DNA of 64,000 nt from Macrostomum hystrix (Eukaryota > Animalia > Platyhelminthes). The first letter of the stretch is position 1; each line of letters opens with the position of its first letter. Location of the stretch: positions 1,240,001 through 1,304,000 of the forward strand of contig CATNEN010000031.1 of NCBI GenBank assembly GCA_950097015.1, in the 5' to 3' direction. The notes beneath the pieces are model-generated. The model was not told the DNA's origin, did no database searches, and worked only from the letters and a program-made list of their open reading frames with translations. Shown here piece after piece: positions 1-12,000 of this stretch. The translations under genes were made by a program, and so were the position numbers.

Positions 1-72
1 ATATGTATATTTGTTTCATTCTGACTGCTCAAAGTCCAGGTTTTGTACAGACGAAGGCTCTTATTATTTTAG

Positions 73-3000
73 GATTTGGAGCAGGACAAAGCAACTGTCC
101 GGCGGGTGAGAAAGTCAATCAAGGCAGCACACAAATCTGGCAAAGGTAAGCAAATTAATTCGTTTCTATCAGCTTATATATTATACTTTTTTTGTAAAAT
201 TAGGTTGGAACCTTATTATTTACAGGTTATGAAGTTTAAGTCTTTAAATACACACTGGAATTGTTTATGACCATTGACTATTGCAATCATAAATCATTTT
301 AAGCCTATCAGCAATGCGAAGGCAACCTATCGAACTTGTTGGCCGAACTGGGCGACAACGCTTTGAAATGCGGCGCCAGTGCAGCTGGTCAAGCTTTGAA
401 CAAGTTTTCAGCCGCCTATAAAGAGATGAATTTGCTGCTTGGAAATTTAGTAAGTACTTTTATTTTTTCTCTTTCTTTTGCAATCGTTTCAGATACTGGT
501 ATCTGAGAAATCGATAGCGAAATTATTTAATCAATTGTTGCCCATTCAATGTGTTACTTCTGTTGGGTACAGGGCACTCATGGTAATATATATAGTAGTC
601 AGCTTATACATTCATTAATCCTATCTCAATCAGGTTTTTAGCCCCCTGCCCGTTTTCTTTTTTTCTACTCGTACTTGTTGCAGAAAATGTAGTTTTTGTA
701 ACTAAGGCCATAGTAGGTGTTGAAATGGGTCTATTAAAGCATGGCTGTTCGTGTTTCCGCCGCTTCCATTAGTCATTTTGATTTTTTGTTAGCCTAAAAA
801 AACCCGAGGTGTATTACCTTTTTCTTTATGTTTTACGCGATTTATGTTCACAAAACAGTAGCTTTTGCTGCAAGATGAAGGCTTAGAGGTATGAGAGAAG
901 TTGGAGCCTTGTGGTTAGAGCGTCGGACTCACGATTTGAAGACCCGCTAAAAAATAGGGATGTTTCTTTGGGTGATTTCAGTTGGAATCTGCGGTGTTTC
1001 CAGAAAAAGAAACAGCCGAACGCTGGAAACATACCAATCGTATGATTCCATGCTTAGAATCTACCCAACTGGGCGTTTTCTCGGTGCTTCTTTGTGGCGA
1101 AATGGAATCACCCAAAGAATACTCCAGTTCGGAAGATTCCATGCTCAGAAACCGCCGAGGAATCGCCCGTAAATAATTCTCTGGTTGTCCCATGGGCCAC
1201 TGGTTCGGGTGATTCTTCGGCGGTTTCCGCACAATTTACGGTTACATCGGCTGCTTCCTGGGTAGTTTCTTTAACTCTTGCGAGATAGGGGGGATTTTGG
1301 TATATTCCACTCCTATTTTGCACAAAAAAACCGCCGAAGAAGCAGCCGATTTTTTACAGGGGATCGGGGGTTCGATTCCCGACTGCACTGAAACAATTTG
1401 TGTCCTTTAGCAAAACACTCAACTATGCATTGCTTCAGCAGCACCCAGCTGTTAATTGGGTACCAGCATTAGCTGAAGTAATTAAGGGTGGGTGTGGCTT
1501 CCCTGCTTCCCCCCCAGTCCATGGACTGAGCAGCCGTATGCAGTCTTCAGATGCGCTGCGTATTAGCTGCGGCTGTGCTGTCGGCTGCACATCTGGCCCG
1601 ATTGAGGCAGGTGTAATCAATTCAACTATTATTAAGAGATTAAGAGCTTCGGACTCAATACTGAGAGCATTGAGATACTCAAATCTCAACCCCTAGCTAG
1701 ACAATATGCGTCTTTGAATAAGAATAAGACTTCTTCATATTTTCCCGTCTCATCCATTCTGCCTTCTTACCAAATCTCCCTTGACTTGCGTGTTAATTTA
1801 TATCCATCCTATTTCTAAACTGTTTTCAGATGCAGAGCCTGTCAAACTTTTTGTTTAGTCCTTTGGACACTTTCGTCAACGCCGAACTGAAAGTTGACAT
1901 GCGAAAAGGTGTCGACAGAGCGTTGAAAGACTACGAGGCTAGAACTGAGAAGGGTAGGAAAGAGCGACTGCAGTCGGCGAGGGAGTCAAGAGCTGGCGAG
2001 ACTTCACCAGCGGAGGTACCTACTGAGAGATTATTTTGTACTTTTTAGCGATATTTCTGATTAGAGTTTCTGAGTGTAAATTCCCATATCTCTAAAGATC
2101 CCATGAGGAGATTTCTAAGTGTGATTCTAATATCACAAAAGATTCCATGCAGGGATTTTTCGAGTACATTCTCATTTCCCAAGAAATCCCATGAGGAGAT
2201 TTTCGAGTGCATTCTCATTTGCCAAGAGATCCCATGAGGAGATTTTCGAGTGCATTCTCATTTCCCAAGAGATCCCATGAGGAGATTTTCAAGTACATTC
2301 TCATTTCCCAAGAGATCCCATGAGGAGATTTTCGAGTACACTCTCATTTCCCAAGAGATCCCATGAGGAGATTTTCGAGTACATTCTCATTTGCCAAGAG
2401 ATCCCATGAGGAGATTTTCGAGTGCATTCTCATTTGCCAAGAAATCCCATGAGGAGATTTTCGAGTGCATTCTCATTTCCCAAGAAATCCCATGAGGAGA
2501 TTTTCGAGTACACTCTCATTTCCCAAGAGATCCCATGAGGAGATTTTCGAGTACACTCTCATTTCCCAAGAGATCCCATGAGGAGATTTTCGAGTATATT
2601 CTCATTTCCCAAGAGATCCCATGAGGATATTTTCGAGTGCATTCTCATTTGCCAAGAAATCCCATGAGGAGATTTTCGAGTATATTCTCATTTCCCAAGA
2701 GATCCCATGAGGAGATTTTCGAGTGCATTCTCATTTGCCAAGAAATCCCATGAGGAGATTTTCGAGTACACTCTCATTTCCCAAGAGATCCCATGAGGAG
2801 ATTTTCGAGTACACTCTCATTTCCCAAGAGATCCCATGAGGAGATTTTCGAGTATATTCTCATTTCCCAAGAGATCCCATGAGGATATTTTCGAGTGCAT
2901 TCTCATTTGCCAAGAAATCCCATGAGGAGATTTTCGAGTATATTCTCATTTCCCAAGAGATCCCATGAGGAGATTTTCGAGTGCATTCTCATTTCCCAAG

Positions 3001-6000
3001 AGATCCCATGAGGAGATTTTCGAGTACACTCTCATTTGCCAAGAAATCCCATGAGGAGATTTTCGAGTATATTCTCATTTCCCAAGAGATCCCATGAGGA
3101 TATTTTCGAGTGCATTCTCATTTCCCAAGAGATCCCATGAGGAGATTTCTAAGTGTGATTCTACTATCACAAAAGATTTCATATGGATATTTCTAGATGT
3201 ACCTTATATCACTAAAGACCACACTTAGCGATTGGTTGGCCAGATTCTCAAATCCCCACACATGCCATTTTAAGGTTTTAAATATAACTTCTTATATTAA
3301 AGTATACTACGAGACGCGCTTCGATTTTATACCCACGCCTTATTAACTAGCTGTTATAAGATTTTAGTAAATGAAAGCTTATCCAGCTTTAGCTTCTTAG
3401 CCTCTGACTGGTAATTTAACTGCAGCAATTATCGAATTACTTTTAGCATATCATTCACTCGATAGACAAGAATCTAACAAATTGCGGGTCGTTATAGGAT
3501 TTATAATTATAGTAGAATGCTTTCTTCACTTTTGTCAGATCAACTAACAGCCTAGAATAAACTGTGTTTCCACTGTAAATTCACGTGTAATGTAAACTGC
3601 AACGTTAAAAACTGTGAGACAGGCACAAACAGGAAGTCTTGTTTTCTGTTTTTTTACAGGCTACAGACAGTTTGGACCGCGACAGGCGCCTGCTACAGCT
3701 GCAGCTGTGCGAGGTAAATTATTGCCTTATTTTACTATGCAATATCGTATATTAAAATATATTTATGTTTTTATGGCAACTAATGCAAGTTATGTACAAA
3801 AATATTAACTAATGGACGTTAAATTCTCACTAGAACTACCAGTAGAACTTCTTAACAATAGAACTACATCAAGGGGGGAATTCCCCCTTGACAATTTTTG
3901 TGCTGCACCCGAACGGAGCAACGCAGGCACACGAAACTCAAGAATACGCGCCAAATTTTTGTTGCGCATCTTATGAAACAATAATCAAGTCGCCAGCTCT
4001 TCAGACCATCGAGATATTCAATGTTTCTGGCCGAAGGCCAGATTTTTTCCATAAGCGCTAGTGTATGTCATACACCCCTATGCACAAATTCGCACTGCGA
4101 CTTTATTTATTAAAATTTATCAGCATGTCACCTGAATGTGCCTGCATCATCTCCGACTTCGGTGGTCACCTACCTTTATCTAGACGGATTAGCTGGACCT
4201 TCAAGGGCTACAACAGGTGAAATTAGGCCATTTTGGACACCCTGACGCGAATTTCACCAATTTCACTGATCAAGCCTAACTATTAGGAGCAGCTCAACCA
4301 AAGTACACCATCGTCTAGTCTATCAACCAATCAGTCACCACCCAACGTTGTTAGCATTCAGGCGCTGCCAAAAAAATCGGGAAATTCCCCCCCTTGGTAT
4401 AAAAACGGGCGGCAAAATGGCTTGGTAGTCCTACTGTTAATAAAAAAGTAAAATAAATGACACTGTTGAGTACTGTACATATCTAGACTGAAGCATTTTC
4501 TATATTGTCACTGGCGCGCTAAGCGTAGCCAAAGGCTTTAGTTGTAGTTCAAGCTAGCAACAGCAGTGCGATCGCAGGCTCTTTAGGCAGCGCTGTATCC
4601 GGCGCCACGCATTGGTTAGAGTGCGCAGTCCGCTCGGCAGCCTGGATTGCTGATTCATTAGGCACTGTGCCGAGGCCAATGTTTCATCTCTTAATATATC
4701 TTTGACTATATCACCTGACATTGGTGCAGCGTTAGACAAACTGGTTTGGCTTGATAGATCTGCTACCGCCTGTTCAATGCTTAGCTCATTCAGCATCAGT
4801 TTTTCCTTATCTTTGACGGCGCAATCGGAGTTGCGCAATATTTTACCAGTCGTAGCCTTTCGACGCTGCGACGCTGGCAATTTCTTACTGACAATGCGCA
4901 CAAAGACGACTTGCGGCACTCGGGGACTTCGAAACAAATGATTGCTTGCAGCTCCTAAATTGCAGCTGCTCTTGTTCTGCACGTATTTATCAATAAACGA
5001 ATTTTGACTGTGTATGACACAGTTCTCGTTAATTAGTGCCTTTTGGGAGTTGACATTAGCATGCAAATCTTGCAAATCAGTTTGCACCTGTTCAAATTTG
5101 CCTCCTGCACCTGCATTCTTACCCGTGGGCGGCTGGCCAAGCCTCAATTGCAGCTGCAGTGCTGCAGCTGTTGGATAATTTGGCTTTTGTGCTGCGTGCA
5201 ATAGTTCTTGAATCTGTTTGATCTGCAGGCAGCGACTAGACTCGATGGGATTCGTGTTAAATCCTCTAGCAATGGCCAATCTTAACTCTGGCAGACGCTT
5301 CATGAGGCCGACAGAGAATGGAAAGTCGACTTTTTTGTTTAATTCGTACGTTGGATTAGCCTCATTTAACGCAAATTTGACAAATTCCTTGCTGTGCAGC
5401 AGTACGCGAGTTGTGCTTAGCAGAAACTTGTTAGAATTGGCCTGGTACGCCTTTCGCCTACTACTGCCAAGGCATTCACCCATTTTTTCCAGCTCTCGCT
5501 CCGCCAGGTTAAGTAGCAGTACCGCAGCATTCCGAGCGTCGCGAAGTTGCGCACTTTTCTCTGGCAGCATCTTTTCGGCCTCGAAATAGCCACGCCTGAT
5601 GTAAATTTCCACCGCATCTGCGCATTGTCGGCTGCTTTTTCCCTTCCGGTCTCGCTCAAACGCGAAATGCAGTATGCGCACAGGATCAGAAGCGTAATGT
5701 TCTACAATGGGATCGTTAAATTTCCCCGAAGCCTTGCTAGCATTGTTGTTACTGCCGATGTCTAATGGCGAGTACGTTTCCACTGTCTTCGGCATCGGTC
5801 TGAGAAACGACGTGCTATAATCCAGTCTCTGTGCTAACAACAGCTCCGGATTAATGCCTTGAGCGTTTGCAATGCGCATCTGCTCTCTAAAATCTAGGCG
5901 CAGTTCACTGGAATTTTTTTAAGAGAGTAGGTAAATTAGCAATCATCGGGCAAGCTTTTAGTGTCAAATTCCTTTATTCCATCATAGTCAGCATTCAGAT

Positions 6001-9000
6001 AGATACATAATAGTTAGAATTCAGGGACTTACGGCAATCAGGTCTTGCAGAGATATCCGGAGTGCAAGTACTTCCGGGATACAGGTAGCTCAAAGTTCGG
6101 GGAAATCCGGGATTCAGGTAACTCAAAGTTCGGGGAAATCCGGGATTCAGGTAGCTCAAAGTTCGGGGGAATTCGGAATTCAGGTAGCTCAAAGTTCGGG
6201 GAAATCTGGGATTCAGGTTTCTCGAAGTTCGGGGATATCCGGGATTCAGTTAAAATCTATGATCAAATGCAAAATCACTATAAATCGTAAATTGATCACA
6301 CTTGTCACGCTGGAATCTGACATAGTCCTTGACAAGCTCTGTCAGAGTTCTCGCTCCAAGAATTTTTGGCATTTCTTGACGATTCTCCGGCGCCAAAGCC
6401 AAATCGTCGCTATCAAGCAGAAACTGACGCTGGCACTGCTGATTCTTGCCGCCGGTCTCGTCTCCAAGGCCGTCTCCCGTCAGCAGCAGCTGCGACATGG
6501 GCAGCCGGCCCAGAGGCCAGTAAGCCAAATCCCGCGCCATGCCATGCACCAGAGCTGACAGGGGATAAATTGGCCGCTCAGGCATTAGCCACAGCACGTA
6601 GTCCAGCCAATCAGCTACGTTTAGAACCCGACGCTCGTACAGGCGCCTGAATGGCATAGCGGATGGCTGTGTCGCCTTCCAGCCGTGTCTAAGAAGTGAC
6701 AGCGCGCTATTAAACTTGCAGCAGCGTATCATTACAACGTATATTGGGAAGGCGTGTAAGTCGCCCTTCTGCGTGTCCTGTACGTGTGTGGCGTACTGTA
6801 CAGAGTTGGCATCGCACAGTACTTTATTGTACGTGTCGCGGTGTTGTAGCATTATATCTAGGCAGTGCTCGTTCTAGTGAAAAACGGTCACGTGGAATGT
6901 AAAAATTTAGGATAAGAGAAACGAAAGTAGATACAACGCCTGCTTCAGTGGGCAAACGAAGCGATACGAATGTCCCCTACATGTTTTTTTAGTTTTCTTT
7001 AGTTTCCTGTAGCTAAGATGATAAAAATATACATTTTATTTTCACTAGCGAGCTGCTTAAAAAATCTGGAATTAAATTTCTTACGTGTCCTTCCATTCTC
7101 TGGTTTCATGGTTTCAAGTTGCAGCTGTAAACTCACCTTGCATAAGTAAATAGCTGCTGCGGTGGCAGTGAAGTACAACACAGCCTGTTGATGGAACATC
7201 GACTGTTGATTGTTGTTTTGTCCAAAGTAAACCTTAGGATCGTCAGCCATCTGATAAAAGGCATTCGTAAATAAATGCGGCTTTAATTCCATTTTTCGAC
7301 TAATGGCCTCTGTGCGATCGTTCACCAGCATGCAAATTAACCACCGAGTGTTGGGGTGATTGATGCTAAAGAATTTTGGCACCGCATAGTAATAACTGTC
7401 GTCTAAGTCGCTTAGCGGATCAAGGTACTCGGGCGGATCGGGCAGTTTGCAACTTGTTTGCATTGCTCTTTAATTAGCACTGCGGCCTTGTTTGAAATTG
7501 ATTCTTCTTAAAGTCAATGCGTTTCTTCGATTTTGACAACTTTGTTCTGGAACGTAACATATTGGCTGTGTTGATTAAGATATATTTGTGCCATAAACAA
7601 GCGGTGTTTAGACTTAATGTGATATGCCCTTAGCACATGTTATTTTTTTGTCACCGGTTATGATATTCCGTGATTTAAAGGAAACTGAAATTCGTTTTTA
7701 GCAGTTTTCACTATCTTCTCTCTCCGTACACTTATTCTTTATCCACCTAATCTATTTACGTGTCTTTTCTCTATTGATCTTGTCTCTCTTTATCTCTCTA
7801 TCTTTATCTGTTTTAAGTCTAAAACAATTCGTCTCAATCTTTCAGTTCCTCCTAACGGCGTCTGACGTGAAAAGTAAGAAACAATCCAGCCTAGTGCAGT
7901 ACCTGTCCGACTACTCCACAGCTCAGTTGACGTGAGTTTATTGCTTGAAGTTGCTTGTATGAAGAAACAAAAAATTTACAAGCTTGATTTGATTATTAAA
8001 TTACTTCAATCAGGTACTTCAAGGAGTGCCTAGGCGCTCTACAGCAGTTGGACGGCCAGATGCGCGGCCTGGCCGAGTCGCTGGAGGCCGCACGCAGCGA
8101 ACAGGAGCGAGAGAGGCGCTCGCTTGTCAAACTGCGCGACGATCTCAGAAGCGCCTTGTCATCTGAGCGCGATGTGGGTCAAAATGAAAATCTTTATTAA
8201 TAAAATATTAAGGATAAGTAAAAGTTCGCTAGTGTTATTTCGTTGCCACACTCCCTACTGCCCCTATTAGTAGGTTAGTTGGAACAATTCGCATAAAATA
8301 TGTTCTAAAACGTTTTCAATCTGTTCCACTCGCAGCAGAACGGAGGCGGCAGTGGCGGTGCTCACGGGGCTTATTCGCTGCACCAGAGCCAGGGCAATCG
8401 AGCCCACGGCACCGCCAAGCACGGCTACCTGTTTAAGAGGTCCGGCAGCAAGGTGAAGAAGGTTTGGCAGAAACGGCGCGCTGCCGTTATCAACGGCTCC
8501 TTCCTGTTGTATCACGCCGACGACACGCGGGCGCCCGTGTCTCTGCCTCTGCTGACCTGTCAGGTAAAGTCTATCTGACATTCTATCAAATCCCGACCAT
8601 TGGTTTTTCACTGTCTCGAAATCCTACACTGTGACAGGTTCGCCCGGCCTCAAGTGATCGCCGTATTCACGGACGCGGCGCCTTCAGCCTGGTGTCAAAC
8701 AATCGCACCTACAGCTTCCAGTGCGACTCGCTAGCCGAAGCCGAGCACTGGGTCTCCGTCCTATCGAACGCCAAATCTGACGCCTTTCAGGCCGCCATGG
8801 GCAACAGCGGAGATGCAGCCAGCGTTGGAGGAGCCTCCGTAGCATCTGTTGTTGGCAGCCATTCGCCTGGCGCGGGTATTGGCGGAGCTGCCTCGCTGAT
8901 GACTGGCGAGGAGGAGGCTTTGAGACTCGTCGTGCTACAGGAGATTCGCTCAATGCCTGGCAACCAGCTCTGCGCCGACTGCTCAACTGTTGGTAGGGCT

Positions 9001-12000
9001 AAAGGACTTTGTTTCTAAAGCCATTCCTGTTGCTTGGGTGTTGCTAGTTAAAGATAAACCTGTGACATTCCTCTTACACGGGCATAAAGAAGCCGGTACG
9101 AATAAGAAAGTGTCATACTACTGTTACCAGAAAATGACACCAGTACGGTGGTATCCAGTGCTGAAGATCGAATCAATTGATTATTTTCGTTATTGAAGAA
9201 GGCGACAGCGGACAGCCTGATCAGACCAACTGTGCTGCTTTCACAAGAAATTCTAACAAAGTCGCCTCTTTACTGACGATCTTTCGGCCAACGGACTAAA
9301 ATAACGGCCGAATCATTTCAATATGCTAATGTCAATTCAGACAAAGAATAATTAAAGACAAATTTGTTTTTTGAGTTGCGTTGTGCCCACAGACACTGTG
9401 CTATATTTGGGTGCTGTAGCGAGTCACATGTGAGAGTTGGGCAAACGACAGCTCACTATAGAGAAATAAGACAGTCAGGAGCGGTGAGCAGTTCAACTGT
9501 CGGGGGTCGGCACACCGTGGGTGTTGTGGGACTGGGGCTTCTTGCCCTCTCCGCGCTTCGGCTTGTAGAACTTGGCGCTGGCGCACAGCTCGGGCAGCTC
9601 GAAGTACTTGTCCTTGGGGTCGTGGAAGCCGAAGAAGAACAGGATGCCTCCGGAGCACTTTCCGTTCTTGGTGTACTTCTTCTTGATGAGGATCGGCACG
9701 CACCTGTCATCGATGACGCCGCCCAGCTTGATGGACAGGTCGCCCTTGGTCTTGCGTCCGCAGTGCACGCTGATGGGCACCTTGCGGTGGGTGACGGTGG
9801 AGCGAGCCACCACGCGGTGGTTCGGCCACAGCTTCGGGCACAGGGTGAGGAAGTGCTTGGCGTGGCTCACGGGGATCTTCACGCACTGGGCGTTGGCGGC
9901 GCTGGTGCCCCAGGCGTAGTAGCCGACTCCCTGCTCAAAGTCGAACAGGGTGTAGTGGTGTCCGGAGTAGTTCTTGGACTGGACCTTGAAGTAGGCGGCC
10001 ACCTTCTTCTTCTCCTTGGATCCGGCAATGCCTCCCAGCAGCTTGAGGTAGGTGCCGTTGTGGTAGCCCAGACCGGCCACTCCGATGGCGCCCTCACGGG
10101 GCGGGTTCTCGCAGGCCAGCGCGGTGGCCAACAGGGCGGAGATCAGCAGCAGCAGCTTCATCTTCTGGCAGGTTCGCTTTCTCGCTGTTCTTTCTGTAGC
10201 AGACTGAGAGCTGTGAGTTCACTTGGTGGTTGGCTCCTCCGACTGTCCGCTTTTATGCACCTGGCCTGTTTGACCAACTGCTCCGAGACACACCAACTGC
10301 CCAACATTCGCTGTCCAGTTTTGTTTCCATGTGCCACCTGAGCAAACTGCCAGCTCAGCAGATCTCAGTCGCAACATTTTTGTTAGTTTTTATTTTAAAT
10401 CGGAATTTTTTTCTTGTATCAAAGTATATAGTGCCATTCTATAGTGGAGAACAGCTGCTAAAGCAGATTTCATGATTTTTTTAAAAGCATACCTTAATTT
10501 AATTTCACTGGCTGGCCTTGCAATTAGTCAAACTTTGCTGAACGGTGTTTGAATAATTCAACTAAACTGTCTAACAACATTTGTAAAACCGCAAGCTTTG
10601 GACACCGTGATGGCAAGTTTATGCCTGCAAATTTATTTGTCTTGAAATGAATGCATTATTCAACGCAGAATGAAATGCACTGGAGTCACACGAAATCCAA
10701 TAGTCATTGTTGCGGAGCAACATGCGGTTAAACAGTGATCGCACAGGAAGAACTTGAGGTTGAACAGTCATCGCACTGGAAGAACATGAGGTTGAACAGT
10801 CATCGCACAGGAAGAACTTGAGGTTGAACAGTCATCACACAGGAAGAACATGAGGTTGAACAGTCATCACACAGGAAGAACATGAGGTTAAACAGTCATC
10901 GCACAGGAAGAACTTGAGGTTGAACAGTCATCACACAGGAAGAACATGAGGTTGAACAGTCATCACACAGGAAGAACATGAGGTTAAACAGTCATCGCAC
11001 AGGAAGAACTTGAGGTTGAACAGTCATCACACAGGAAGAACATGAGGTTAAACAGTGATCACACAGGAAGAACATGAGGTTAAACAGTGATCGCACAGGA
11101 AGAACTTGAGGTTGAACAGTCATCACACAGGAAGAACATGAGGTTAAACAGTGATCGCACAGGAAGAACATGAGGTTAAACAGTGATCGCACAGGAAGAA
11201 CATGAGGTTGAACAGCTATTGTTGTGGTTGACCGTATCAATGGAGTGCACTGGAACCTTTTAACTATAAAAAGGGCATTCAAATATATTTCAGAAGAAGA
11301 AACGACACCACCCAGCTGATGTGGTGACAGATCTGGGGTAACGACAGACATTGTTAAAAAAGTATTGTAACTTGATACCTGATAAAAGATATGAGGAAGC
11401 TTACATCCCAGCTAAGCTCATAAGAGAAATGACAGAAGCTCACTGACGTAGCAAGCGAACTTCCAACGCAATAATCTGCATTGGCCGTTGGGATGCTCAT
11501 CCTTCTTCCCTCAGATCCGGAATGGATAAGCACCAATCTGGGCATACTTATTTGCCTAGAATGCTGCGGCATTCATCGCGACCTCGGCGTTCACATCTCC
11601 CGCACCCAGTCACTGCTGATGGACGATCTGAGGCCGGCCCAGCTACTGGCGAGTCGCTGCATCGGCAACTCCATGTTCAACGACGTGTTCGAAGCTGTTT
11701 TACCCGACGGTGTGAAGCCGGGCAGTTCGGCTGGCTGGGGACGCGCCGATCTGTGAGTTCTGGCTAACAAGTATAACCGATTATGCTCATGGGAAGAGAG
11801 GTACCAATCTAGTAAATCCCTACAGTGATTTAGTTTATCCCGTCTCGTATTGATTTAATGCCGTTTTGTATTAAATTAATCAAGTATTGTTCTGGCGTAA
11901 TCGATGCCGTAATTTAAGTAAACCCTATTGTGATTAGCTTAATACTATCTTGGACTTGTTTAGGATTAAGTGAATCCCTTACTAAATGCGGTGAGATTTA

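Noticed and set aside
2095-3150. 43-bp, 32-bp (10728), 38-bp (18815) and 31-bp (56495) arrays as CRISPR arrays
   Set aside because: Units are head-to-tail with no unique spacers, there are no cas genes, and the context is eukaryotic introns.
4554-5879. 441-aa ORF as a transposase or retroelement protein
   Set aside because: No DDE, RT, zinc-knuckle or endonuclease motif recognised, no enclosing TIR or LTR, and it fits as a spliced exon.
9364-10341. 325-aa + strand ORF, its twin at 63370-63948, and the 192-aa ORF at 40227-40805
   Set aside because: Antisense shadows of GC3-rich EPDR and FABP coding sequence.
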